A stretch of DNA of 55,962 nucleotides from Candidatus Fervidifonticultor sextus (GTDB lineage Bacteria > Sysuimicrobiota > Sysuimicrobiia > Sysuimicrobiales > Humicultoraceae). Shown here piece after piece: positions 20,078-29,407 of the stretch. The position numbers and the translations under genes were made by a program. The stretch's first letter is position 1. The number at the start of each line of letters is the position of its first letter. Under the pieces are notes generated by a model that did not search any database, was not told the DNA's origin, and was given only the letters and a program-made list of their open reading frames with translations. The stretch covers positions 1-55,962 of the forward strand of contig JAVKHQ010000020.1 of NCBI GenBank assembly GCA_031459875.1, written 5' to 3'.

Positions 20078-20460
20078 CGCCTGCCGGACCGAAGGTGGCG
20101 TCGGGCTGCCCGCAGGAACTCCCATGCCTGCCGGAACATGGTCTTCGCGTCTTCCGCCGTCACGCGGGCTTCGACACCGTAGTCACCTTCGATCCGCTTG
20201 TCGAAGGCGTCCAGCATCCATCGGTGAAAGTCGGCTTTCAAGACGCCGGTCTTGACAAAATGCTCTCCGAAGGCGCTGTGGACGCCACCGTGCTTGCGGT
20301 ACCGTAGCCCTCGTTCGTGCAGCAGAGCCTCGGCCGTGTAGAACATCGCATAGTATGCGCGGCTGGCGGTGAAGTCCACGTCTCCCCGCCGCAACAGCGC
20401 TTCTCCCGCACCGATAGCCCGAGAAGCCTTCTCCAGCAGCCGCCGCGTGTCGTCCTTCAT
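20074..20460 (-). CDS. HEPN domain protein (UPF0332 type)
   Basis: SRAYYAMF, KHGGV, RIEGDY; paired with a nucleotidyltransferase. Confidence 0.88.
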   Translation of the reverse strand: MKDDTRRLLEKASRAIGAGEALLRRGDVDFTASRAYYAMFYTAEALLHERGLRYRKHGGVHSAFGEHFVKTGVLKADFHRWMLDAFDKRIEGDYGVEARVTAEDAKTMFRQAWEFLRAARRHLRSGRR

Positions 20461-21023
20461 GCAGGCACCGCCTCCCTGCGCACATTGGCCAGGAAGGCGC
20501 TCCGGCGACTTCGCCAGTCCTGCGCGGACACAAACACGCGACTGATGCTGACCCCGTACTCCAGCGAGAGCGCCGAGACGAGAGGCCCGGTCCGGTCCAC
20601 CTCGGCGCCGTAGTGGTCGAGGCGATCGAGAATCACGAGGACGTCAAGGTCGGACTCCAAATCCTGCTCGCCCCGAGCGTATGAGCCGTAGCAGTAGAGC
20701 CCCTTGAGCCGCACACCGTAGAGGCGAGCCAGCCCGACCTTCAGTTCCCGCAAAAGCGACGCAATGGAAGCGCTGGGGCGGCGGCGCTCCGGTCTCGTGG
20801 TAACCGCGGGGCGGGGGGGGCGCGCCGCGCCCCCTGCCGCTCGGCGGCCGTCGCGTGGGAGCACGGAAATCACCGTCGCCGGGGAGATGAGAATGCCGCT
20901 GCGGATCGCGCGCACCTCGACCAGGGTGCCCCTGGCCAACCCGTAGGCTTTCAAGATGTCACGAGGAAGCGTGACCCCCAGGCTGTTGCCAACCGCGGTG
21001 ACCTGCCGAAGCGCGCGCGCCAT
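20457..21023 (-). CDS. AbrB/MazE-type DNA-binding domain fused to minimal nucleotidyltransferase (MNT)
   Basis: N-terminal VTAVGNSLGVTLPRDIL...L.RG; C-terminal YGSYARGE....SDLD; one open frame; RBS GGGGAGG before ATG 21023. Confidence 0.82.
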   Translation of the reverse strand: MARALRQVTAVGNSLGVTLPRDILKAYGLARGTLVEVRAIRSGILISPATVISVLPRDGRRAAGGAARPPRPAVTTRPERRRPSASIASLLRELKVGLARLYGVRLKGLYCYGSYARGEQDLESDLDVLVILDRLDHYGAEVDRTGPLVSALSLEYGVSISRVFVSAQDWRSRRSAFLANVRREAVPA

Positions 21024-21035
21024 CGCCCTCCCCGC

Positions 21036-21066
21036 CATATTAGAACTGTCTATACTGTTGTACATC
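21036..21066 (-). promoter_or_regulatory. AT-rich promoter/operator of the AbrB-MNT operon
   Basis: Local AT-rich island with an ACTGT direct repeat (21045, 21054) just upstream of the RBS. Confidence 0.45.
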
Positions 21067-21103
21067 GGGGACCCTCTGACGCTGCGGACAGGACCTCGGC
21101 CGT

Positions 21104-22060
21104 CTACCCCATCGGGGAGAGCAGGAATCGCAGTACGACCGAGACCACCAGGAGGGCCATCGCCATTCCTCCCGCGACGGCCGAGACCTCGGTCGGCCGT
21201 CGCTCCCATCCCACCGTCCCGGCCAGGTCGCGGTAGATCTCCCGCAGCCGTCCGGCCTCGGCGGCGTGGAAGTACCGGCCTCCCGTTTCGGCCGCAACCG
21301 CCCTCAACGTCGGCTCGTCCAGCACGCCCCAGTAGCCGCTGCGGAAGTTCGACGGGTCCTGCCACGTCCCGACGCCGACCGTGTAGACCCGGACGCCCAG
21401 GCGCTTCGCCTCCGCCGCAGCCTCCAGGGGCGGGATTCCGTCGCTCGCACGGCCGTCCGACAGGAGAATGGCAATTGCCCGGATTCCGCTCGCCGGCACC
21501 GCATTCCGCCCGGGGGAAGGCGCGCCCTCGCCGGCCACCGCCCGGACTCCCTCTACCAGACCGTTGCCGAGTTGCGTGCGCAGCTGCGTAGTGATGCCAC
21601 GGATCCCCTCCTGCATTCTCGCCCGGTCGGACGTCAGCGGCACCACCAGGGTCGCGTAGTTGCCGAAGGTCACCAGCGCCGTCCTCGTCGCGTGCGGGAG
21701 CCGCGCCACGAAGTCCAGGGCGGCCGTCTTGGTGGCCTCGATGCGGCTGGGCAGGATGTCCGGCTCTTCCATGCTGCGACTGACGTCGATGATGAGCACC
21801 ACCGGCCACCCAGTCGGCGTCCACCACGGGACCACCGGCCCGGCGGCGCCGAGGATGGTGGCGGCCAGCGCGAGGAGGAGGAGGGCGGCCGGCAGGTGCC
21901 GGCGGATCGGACCGGCGTGCGTGGCGGCCTGGGCGATGATCCACAGGGGATAGCGCACGGACCCACGCGCGTGCCCGCGCCGGAGGACGGTCAGGTAGAG
22001 GGCGATCAACCCGGCCAGCGCCGGCAGCAGCCAGAGGAATGCGGGGTACTTCCAGTTCAC
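21104..22060 (-). CDS. Membrane-anchored VWA domain protein (BatA-like)
   Basis: N-terminal P..LWLL, MIDAS DVSRSM, LSDG, LDE.TL..VA..TGG.YF, C-terminal TM. Confidence 0.88.
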   Translation of the reverse strand: MNWKYPAFLWLLPALAGLIALYLTVLRRGHARGSVRYPLWIIAQAATHAGPIRRHLPAALLLLALAATILGAAGPVVPWWTPTGWPVVLIIDVSRSMEEPDILPSRIEATKTAALDFVARLPHATRTALVTFGNYATLVVPLTSDRARMQEGIRGITTQLRTQLGNGLVEGVRAVAGEGAPSPGRNAVPASGIRAIAILLSDGRASDGIPPLEAAAEAKRLGVRVYTVGVGTWQDPSNFRSGYWGVLDEPTLRAVAAETGGRYFHAAEAGRLREIYRDLAGTVGWERRPTEVSAVAGGMAMALLVVSVVLRFLLSPMG

Positions 22061-22232
22061 TCAGGTGCCCCGTCCTCTCCGCAGACCCCTCTCCACTCTG
22101 CGTGCCCCGGGGTCGACCCACTCGTTGCGTATATTGTGGCGGGTGGAGTGTCGCCGATCAAGACGGCGGGACGTAGGGGGAGCGAGCCGGGCCACGGAGA
22201 AACTGACCACCCGAATCCTGGAGTCGGGATCG

Positions 22233-23546
22233 ATGACTGCTCTCCTCGACCGCCTCACCCAGCGCGCCGCATCCGGGCGTCCCCTCCAGGTCGGCGTCGT
22301 CGGCACCGGGAAGTTCGCCACCATGTTCCTCGCCCAGGCCCGGCGGCTGCGCGGCCTGCAGGTGCTCGGCGTGGCCGACCTCGTGCCCGACCGCGCCCGG
22401 AGCGCGCTCCTGCGGGCCGGGTGGCCGGAGGAGGCCATCGGCACGACCTTCGTCACGGACGACGCGCAGGCCCTCATCCATACCCCGGGCCTCCATGTCC
22501 TCGTGGAATCCACCGGCCTCCCCGCCGCCGGCATCCGCCATGCCCTCGCCGCCATCGAGGCCGGCGTCCACCTCGTCATGGTCAACGTCGAAGCCGATGC
22601 GCTGGCGGGCCCGCTGCTGGCCCGGCGGGCGCGGGAGCGCGGGGTGGTCTACAGCCTGGCCTATGGCGACCAGCCGGCGCTGATCTGCGAGTTGGTGGAC
22701 TGGGCGCGGGCCGCGGGGTTCGAGGTCACCGCCGCCGGCAAGGGCACGAAGTACCTGCCGGCCTACCACGCCTCCACGCCCGACACCGTCTGGGAGCACT
22801 ACGGCCTCACGGCCGAGCAGGCCGCCAGGGGCGGGATGAACCCCCGGATGTTCAACTCATTCCTCGACGGGACGAAGTCGGCCATCGAGATGGCCGCGGT
22901 CGCCAACGCCACCGGCCTCGTCCCGCAGCCGGAGGGTCTGGGGTTCCCGCCGGCCGGGGTCGGCGACCTCCCTCGGGTGTGCCGACCGCGCCAGGTGGGA
23001 GGGACGCTGGCGCATGGGGGCACGGTGGAGGTCGTCTCCAGCCTCTACCGGGACGGCCGCCAGGTGGACGGCGACCTGCGGTGGGGAGTCTATGTGACGT
23101 TCGAGGCACCCGGTGACTACGTGGCGCGCTGCTTCGCCGAGTACGGGCTGGTCACCGACGAGTCCGGCCGCTACGCGGCGCTGTACCGGCCGTATCACCT
23201 GGTCGGGCTGGAACTGTCCGTCAGCGTGCTCCGGGTGGGACTGCTCGGCGAGCCGACCGGCGCTCCGGTCGCGTTCCAGGGCGACGTGGTGGCCGCCGCC
23301 AAGCGCGACCTGCGCGCCGGGGAGCGACTCGACGGGGAGGGGGGCTACACGGTCTACGGGGTGCTGCGGCGGGCGGAGGAATCGGTGCGGGCGCGGATGC
23401 TGCCGATCGGGCTGGCCCACGGGGTGCGGCTGGTGCGGGACGTGCGGGCGGGGGAGGTCGTCCGGTACGGGGACGTCGAGGTGGACGCCTGGGATCCGAC
23501 GCTGCGCGTCCGCAGGGAGATGGAGGCGGCCTGTCTGCCGGCATGA
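22233..23546 (+). CDS. NAD(P)-dependent oxidoreductase with C-terminal SAF domain (homoserine dehydrogenase-like)
   Basis: GTGKFA, NVEAD, GDQPA, DGTKSAIEM, AKRDL.AGE.LDGEGG. Confidence 0.88.
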   Translation: MTALLDRLTQRAASGRPLQVGVVGTGKFATMFLAQARRLRGLQVLGVADLVPDRARSALLRAGWPEEAIGTTFVTDDAQALIHTPGLHVLVESTGLPAAGIRHALAAIEAGVHLVMVNVEADALAGPLLARRARERGVVYSLAYGDQPALICELVDWARAAGFEVTAAGKGTKYLPAYHASTPDTVWEHYGLTAEQAARGGMNPRMFNSFLDGTKSAIEMAAVANATGLVPQPEGLGFPPAGVGDLPRVCRPRQVGGTLAHGGTVEVVSSLYRDGRQVDGDLRWGVYVTFEAPGDYVARCFAEYGLVTDESGRYAALYRPYHLVGLELSVSVLRVGLLGEPTGAPVAFQGDVVAAAKRDLRAGERLDGEGGYTVYGVLRRAEESVRARMLPIGLAHGVRLVRDVRAGEVVRYGDVEVDAWDPTLRVRREMEAACLPA

Positions 23547-23561
23547 CGCCACGGGCGGCGG

Positions 23562-23617
23562 TTGACAACCGGCATAGTCTAATATATCAATAAAATATCA
23601 TACGCATACCTTACGAT
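23562..23617 (+). promoter_or_regulatory. Promoter/operator region of the catabolic operon
   Basis: Perfect TTGACA at 23562, strongly AT-rich tract, TACGAT 6 nt before GTG 23624. Confidence 0.6.
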
Positions 23618-23623
23618 CATCCG

Positions 23624-24916
23624 GTGACGCTCCGACCTGTCGTCCCCGACCGTGCGGCCTGCATCGCCGCGCTGCAGGAGATCCTGCGGGCCTCGGCGGA
23701 CGGCGAGGCATCGACACAGCGGTGGGTCGCAGAGCGGCTCGGCCGCCTTGATGGCGAGGTCGAGGAGATCTCCTTCTCGCCCCCAAGCCTTCAGACCGAC
23801 TGCGACTTCTCCGCTTCGGGTCTGGTGGATCCAGCGAAGCGCATCGCGGTCGTAGGACGGTTCGAGGCGGCCCCCGGCGGACACCCGAGCCTGCTGATCT
23901 TTGCCCATCCGGACGCCGAGCCCCCACGCAACCCGACGGGCTGGCACCATGAGCCGTTTGCCGGAGCAATCGAGCACGGCCGTCTCTACGGCTGGGGTGT
24001 GGCGGACGATCTCGCGGGCGTAGCCGCAATGATCTGCGCCCTCGAAACGCTCGCTGCGGAAAGCCTTCGCCCCAGCCGCACCGTGATCGCGTCCAGCGCC
24101 CCCAGCAAGCGGGGCGCCCGTGGGATCGTGGCGGTCCTGAGCCGCTGGGGCGCGGACGCCGCGCTCTACCTGCACCCGGCCGAATCTGGTGGCGGGCTGG
24201 GGGAGATCAAGGCGATCTCGCCGGGGATCCTGCGCTTCCGAATCACCGTGGAGGGCCAACCGCCGCCGACGGGCGAGCCGGAGCAGACGCCGTTCCACCA
24301 CATGACCATCAATCCCATCGACCGCGTCTGGACGATTGCCGCTGCCCTGCGAGCCCTGGACGACCACCGCGCCCGCAACCGCCGACATCCCCTCTTCGAG
24401 CGGGCGGTGGGGCGGTCGACGAACCTGATGGTCGCCCACGTGCAGGGCGGCAGCCGACTGGCCCTGAATCGCGTACCCGCATCCTGCGAAGTGGCCGGCT
24501 CGATTTCCTTCCCGCCGGACGAGACGCCGCAGGATGTGCAGGGGCAGATTGAGGCGGCCGTCCGCGAGGCCGCCGGGCCCAACGGGCGGCTGCAACAGGC
24601 CTCCCCCCGCGTCGAGTGGCTGGAGGGGATTGCTGGCGCCGAGGTCCCGCTCGACCATCCCTTCTATCGGACCGTGAGTGCGGCAATCCATGCCGTCACC
24701 GGAAGGACCCCGAGCCCGTATGCCCTTCACGCGGCTAGCGACATCCGCCACCCCATGCTCCGCGCCGGCATCCCCTGCGTGGGCATCGGCTCCCTGGCCG
24801 GCAATCTCGTCCAGGCCGGGTGCACCGACGAGTGGGTTGATGTAGAGGATTTTGTGAGGCTCGTGAGCGTGACTGCCCGCGTCATCATGGATTGGTGTGG
24901 CGTCCATGCAGTATAG
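23624..24916 (+). CDS. M20/ArgE-like protein with non-canonical metal site
   Basis: AHPD, GRLYGWGVADD and the dimerisation region are present; the EE motif and C-terminal His are absent. Confidence 0.82.
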   Translation: MTLRPVVPDRAACIAALQEILRASADGEASTQRWVAERLGRLDGEVEEISFSPPSLQTDCDFSASGLVDPAKRIAVVGRFEAAPGGHPSLLIFAHPDAEPPRNPTGWHHEPFAGAIEHGRLYGWGVADDLAGVAAMICALETLAAESLRPSRTVIASSAPSKRGARGIVAVLSRWGADAALYLHPAESGGGLGEIKAISPGILRFRITVEGQPPPTGEPEQTPFHHMTINPIDRVWTIAAALRALDDHRARNRRHPLFERAVGRSTNLMVAHVQGGSRLALNRVPASCEVAGSISFPPDETPQDVQGQIEAAVREAAGPNGRLQQASPRVEWLEGIAGAEVPLDHPFYRTVSAAIHAVTGRTPSPYALHAASDIRHPMLRAGIPCVGIGSLAGNLVQAGCTDEWVDVEDFVRLVSVTARVIMDWCGVHAV

Positions 24917-25922
24917 ATCGCTCGGACGGACCGGCGTACGGGTTTCGGCCCTCTGCCTCGGCACCGGGAACTACGGTGACATGACGTCCGAGGAGACAGC
25001 CCGTCGGATCATGCAGGTCGCCATTGACCAGGGCATCAACTTTCTCGACACCGCCGACAGCTACGTCGATGGCGAGAGCGAGGCCATCGTGGGCCGTTTC
25101 CTCAAGGACACTGGCCAGCGGGACCGTGTGCTCATCTGCACCAAGGTCTTCTACCCAACCGGCAGCGGCCTGAATGACCAGGGACTCAGCCGCTATCATA
25201 TCCTGCGCGCGTGCGAAGCGTCGCTGCGTCGCCTGCAGACTGATCGCATCGACCTCTACTTGACCCATCGGTCGGACAGTCTGGCCACCCCGATCGAAGA
25301 GACCCTGGAAGCCCTCAACGACCTGGTACGCCAGGGGAAGGTTTGCTACATCGGATGCTCCACGTATCCGGCGTGGCAGGTGATGGAAGCGCTGGCAGCC
25401 AGCGAGCGGCACGGGTGGTCGCGATTCGTCGCTGAATCGCCTCCGTACAACCTGCTGGACCGCCGTGCCGAAAACGAACTGATCCCTCTGTGTCAAAAAT
25501 ACGGCCTGGCAGTGCTGCCCTGGTCACCCCTGGCCATGGGTATGCTGGCCGGCCGCTACCCGCCCGACGGCTCATTCCCGCCGGGCTCGCGGGCGGCCGC
25601 CAACCCCCAGGGGATCTACGCCGCACGCGTCAGCCGGCGGGGCGCGCAGATCGGAGCCCGCGTGGGTGAGCTGGCGAAGGAGTACGGCCTGACCGCCACC
25701 CAGATGGCCCTGCTGTGGATCAAAGATCAGCCCGGCGTCACGAGCCCGATCATCGGGCCGCGGACGCCTGAGCAGTTGCACGAGATGCTCGAAGTCGCCG
25801 ACCGCCAGGCCGACCATCGCATGACCGCAGCCTTCGACGCCCTGGTCCCGCCCGGCACCGCGGTCGCCAACTTTCACAACACCAGCGGGTGGATGAGAGG
25901 GTGGACTCCAGACGACGCATGA
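24906..25922 (+). CDS. Aldo/keto reductase
   Basis: DTADSY, SLRRLQTDRIDLY, PWSPLA. Confidence 0.93.
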   Translation: MQYRSLGRTGVRVSALCLGTGNYGDMTSEETARRIMQVAIDQGINFLDTADSYVDGESEAIVGRFLKDTGQRDRVLICTKVFYPTGSGLNDQGLSRYHILRACEASLRRLQTDRIDLYLTHRSDSLATPIEETLEALNDLVRQGKVCYIGCSTYPAWQVMEALAASERHGWSRFVAESPPYNLLDRRAENELIPLCQKYGLAVLPWSPLAMGMLAGRYPPDGSFPPGSRAAANPQGIYAARVSRRGAQIGARVGELAKEYGLTATQMALLWIKDQPGVTSPIIGPRTPEQLHEMLEVADRQADHRMTAAFDALVPPGTAVANFHNTSGWMRGWTPDDA

Positions 25923-25944
25923 CGAATCCAAGGGGGGAGTACAG

Positions 25945-26805
25945 ATGAAGAGAATCGCGCATGTGCTCGGGATCGTCCTGGCCGTGCTGGGCCTGGTCGG
26001 GGGTGCGACGGTACCCGCCACGGAAGCGCAGGTGCCGAAGTACCCCGCCAGACCCATCGTGGGATCCCCGCCGCTGCTGAACCCCGGCAAGTTCACCGCC
26101 GCCACCAACGCCACGATTCCGCCGTATCAGTACGTGGACCAGAACGGCCGGCTGCAGGGGCTGCGGATCGAACTGGGCGAGGAGATTGCCAAGCGCATGG
26201 GCGTCCGCATGGAGTGGATCAACGTTGGTTTCGAGACGCACATCCCGGGTCTCCAGAGCAACCGATGGGATGCGAGCATCACCGGCATGTTCTACACTCC
26301 CGAACGCGCCCGCATCCTCTACATGCTCCTCTACGAGTACCAGGCCATCAGCATTTCGGTCGCGCGGGGAAATCCCCTGCGGATCACGTCGACCCGGGAC
26401 CTGGCCGGGCGGCGGGTGGCAGTGGAGATCGGCGGCTATGAGTGGCGTCAGATCACGCGCATCAACGAGGAGCAGACGGCCGCCGGGCTGCGGCCGATGG
26501 AGATCCGCACGTTCAGCACCTTCGCGGACGCCTATCAGGCTCTCCGGGCAGGTCAGGTCGACGCCGTCGTCAGCGTGGACGTCACGGCCAAGTTCTACCA
26601 GGACCGCGGCGAGTTCGACCGCGCAGTGTCGGGGCTGGCCGGCTCCCCGGCGACGCTGGCGTTCAAGTCCAAGGACCTCGCGTTCGTGGTCCTGCGGATC
26701 ATGAACCAGATCAAGAAGGATGGCTTCTACGCCCGGCTCTTCGACAAGTACGGGGTCGCCAAGATCCAGACGGAGTTGTTCGAGTTGAAGGGACCCGATC
26801 TCTAG
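25945..26805 (+). CDS. Polar amino acid ABC transporter substrate-binding protein
   Basis: Signal peptide, PPYQY, family 3 pattern. Confidence 0.9.
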   Translation: MKRIAHVLGIVLAVLGLVGGATVPATEAQVPKYPARPIVGSPPLLNPGKFTAATNATIPPYQYVDQNGRLQGLRIELGEEIAKRMGVRMEWINVGFETHIPGLQSNRWDASITGMFYTPERARILYMLLYEYQAISISVARGNPLRITSTRDLAGRRVAVEIGGYEWRQITRINEEQTAAGLRPMEIRTFSTFADAYQALRAGQVDAVVSVDVTAKFYQDRGEFDRAVSGLAGSPATLAFKSKDLAFVVLRIMNQIKKDGFYARLFDKYGVAKIQTELFELKGPDL

Positions 26806-26870
26806 GAAGGAGCGCGAGCCGAGCGTATCAGGCCTGCACTCCAGGGACCAGGCCGCAGGAGGAGAGCCCG

Positions 26871-27647
26871 ATGCCCGGATGGGACTGGGGAGCCTTCCAC
26901 CGGTATCTGTCCAACCGCTTCCTCCTGGAAGGCGTGTGGACGACGATCTGGCTGTCCGTGGTCTGCATGGCGATCGGGCTCGCGCTGGGCTTCGTGGCTG
27001 CCCTCATGAATATGTCGCGCATCCCCCTGCTCAAGGGAATTGCGCAGTTCTACATCTGGCTCATCCGCGGCACGCCGCTGCTCGTCCAGCTCATCATCAT
27101 CTACACAGGGTTGCCGCAACTCGGCATCCGGCTCAACGTCCTCCAGTCGGCGTTGCTGGGCCTGAGCGTCAACGAGGGCGCCTACCTCTCGGAGATCATC
27201 CGGGCCGGCATCCTCTCGGTACACCGGGGGCAGTTCGACGCCGCACGGGCGCTGGGGATGACGTACCCGACGATGATGCGCGTCATCATCATGCCCCAGG
27301 CAGCGCGGGTCATCATCCCGCCGCTAGGCAACAATTTCAACGGACTGCTGAAGACGACGTCGATCACATCCGTGATTTCGATGGAAGAACTGCTGCGCCG
27401 CAGCCAGATGTTGATCCAGTTCGAATTCCGCGTGCTGGAGATCTTCGCCGTGGCCGCCCTCTACTATCTCGCCCTGACGACGCTATGGGGCCTGGTCCAG
27501 CGTCGCCTGGAATCCCATTTCGGCAAGTCGATGGTGGCCATCGCGCCCCGAGGGGGAGCCCGGCAGGAGGCCGGGACGGGCGGGACGCGGGTCGCGATCC
27601 AAGACAAAACGGCCCGGAGGACCCTCTACGAGCAGGACCTGCGGTAG
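26871..27647 (+). CDS. Amino acid ABC transporter permease
   Basis: [39 protein letters not shown]. Confidence 0.93.
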   Translation: MPGWDWGAFHRYLSNRFLLEGVWTTIWLSVVCMAIGLALGFVAALMNMSRIPLLKGIAQFYIWLIRGTPLLVQLIIIYTGLPQLGIRLNVLQSALLGLSVNEGAYLSEIIRAGILSVHRGQFDAARALGMTYPTMMRVIIMPQAARVIIPPLGNNFNGLLKTTSITSVISMEELLRRSQMLIQFEFRVLEIFAVAALYYLALTTLWGLVQRRLESHFGKSMVAIAPRGGARQEAGTGGTRVAIQDKTARRTLYEQDLR

Positions 27648-27672
27648 GGGGCGGGTGAGGCGGGCAGCATCC

Positions 27673-28443
27673 ATGACGGACCAGCCCATCCTGGAGATCC
27701 AGGATCTCCACAAGTACTTCGGCGATCTGCACGTGCTCAAGGGCGTCAGCCTGACCGTGCGGCGGGGCGAAGTGATCGTCATCATCGGTCCGAGCGGCTC
27801 CGGCAAGAGCACCCTGCTGCGCTGCATCAACCACCTGGAGAGGATCGAGCGCGGATCCATCAAAGTCGGAGGGCAGTTGATGGGATACCGCGAAGTCGGC
27901 GGCCGGCTGGTCGAACTGCGCGACGCCGAAGTGGCAAAACGCCGGCGCGCGGTCGGGATGGTCTTCCAGCAGTTCAACCTGTTCCCGCACCTCACGGCGC
28001 TTGAGAACATCACGGTCGGCCCGATCCATGTCCTGGGGAAGAGGGCGGACGAAGCCGCAGTCCAGGCCCTCGACCTCCTGAAACTCGTAGGCCTGCCGGA
28101 GAAAGCCGACACCTATCCGGCCATGCTGTCCGGCGGGCAGCAGCAGCGGGTGGCCATCGCGCGGGCACTGGCGATGAATCCGCAGGTCATGCTCTTCGAC
28201 GAGCCGACCTCGGCGCTGGACCCGGAGATGATCACCGAGGTCCTCGATGTGATGCTCAACCTTTCGAAGCAGGGGATGACGATGCTGGTGGTCACCCACG
28301 AGATGGGGTTTGCGCGGGCCGCGGCCGATCGGATCATCTTCATGGACGATGGTCGGTTGATCGAAGAGGCGCCGCCGCACCGTTTCTTTTCGGCGCCGCA
28401 GTACGAACGCACACGGTTGTTCCTGAGTCGCATCCTGCACTGA
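27673..28443 (+). CDS. Amino acid ABC transporter ATP-binding protein
   Basis: [35 protein letters not shown]. Confidence 0.95.
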   Translation: MTDQPILEIQDLHKYFGDLHVLKGVSLTVRRGEVIVIIGPSGSGKSTLLRCINHLERIERGSIKVGGQLMGYREVGGRLVELRDAEVAKRRRAVGMVFQQFNLFPHLTALENITVGPIHVLGKRADEAAVQALDLLKLVGLPEKADTYPAMLSGGQQQRVAIARALAMNPQVMLFDEPTSALDPEMITEVLDVMLNLSKQGMTMLVVTHEMGFARAAADRIIFMDDGRLIEEAPPHRFFSAPQYERTRLFLSRILH

Positions 28444-28475
28444 GCGGGGGTACCCTCACGGCGGCGGATGTCACG

Positions 28476-29396
28476 GTGGCAACGGGCAGGGTCGTTCACA
28501 CGGTATGCGGGCCGGTGGCGCCGGAGGCGCTGGGCCGGACGTTGATGCACGAACACGTCTTCTGCGACTTCTACCGGACCACCGGCGACCTCAACCATCT
28601 GCTCAACGACGAGCGCCTGGCGTGTGATGAACTGGCGGCGCTCGTCCGAGCCGGCGGGACCGCGCTCGTCGACTGCACGACCCCCGACATCGGCCGGAAC
28701 CCCGTAGGCCTCCAGCGGGTGGCAGAGCGCACCAACTTGCACATCGTCATGGGGACCGGGTGGTATCGGCAGCCATTCTATCCTCCCCAGGTCGACCGCA
28801 TGAGCACCCTGGCCCTCGCGGACCAGATGATCCGGGAGTTGACCGAAGGGGTCGATGGCATCGGGATCAGAGCGGGGATCATCGGCGAGATCGGCGCACA
28901 CCTGGACTACCTGGCCGCGCAGGAGGAACGGGTACTGCGGGCGGCGGCGAGGGCCCACCGGGCGACCGGGGCGCCCATCACGACCCACGCTTCCATGTAT
29001 CCGGTCGGCCTCGCCCAGCTGGAGGTCCTCAGGGAGGCCGGCGCCGACCCTGCTCGGGTGATCGTGGGACATTGCGACACATACCTGGACACCGACTATC
29101 ACCTGGCCATCCTCCGCCAGGGCGCCTACGTTCAGTTCGACACGGTCGGCCGACTGCACATGAACCCGGACGAACGTCGGGCCGACGCCCTGGTCGCACT
29201 CGTCCGGGCCGGGTGGGCCACACGCCTGCTGCTCTCCAGTGACCGCTGCCACCGCTCCGACCTCCATGCCTTCGGCGGCGGGGGTTACGACATCGTTTTC
29301 ACGAAGTTTTTCCAGTTGCTGCGCGAACGCGGGCTGTCGGACGGCGATCTGGATCTGCTGACCGTGGAGAACCCACGACGCGCGCTCCCATGGTGA
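28476..29396 (+). CDS. Phosphotriesterase-family protein (Glu-bridged PHP type)
   Basis: MHEH, GIIGEIG, TTHA, GHCD, LSSD. Confidence 0.92.
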   Translation: MATGRVVHTVCGPVAPEALGRTLMHEHVFCDFYRTTGDLNHLLNDERLACDELAALVRAGGTALVDCTTPDIGRNPVGLQRVAERTNLHIVMGTGWYRQPFYPPQVDRMSTLALADQMIRELTEGVDGIGIRAGIIGEIGAHLDYLAAQEERVLRAAARAHRATGAPITTHASMYPVGLAQLEVLREAGADPARVIVGHCDTYLDTDYHLAILRQGAYVQFDTVGRLHMNPDERRADALVALVRAGWATRLLLSSDRCHRSDLHAFGGGGYDIVFTKFFQLLRERGLSDGDLDLLTVENPRRALPW

Positions 29397-29407
29397 GGTC
29401 CCTGCAT

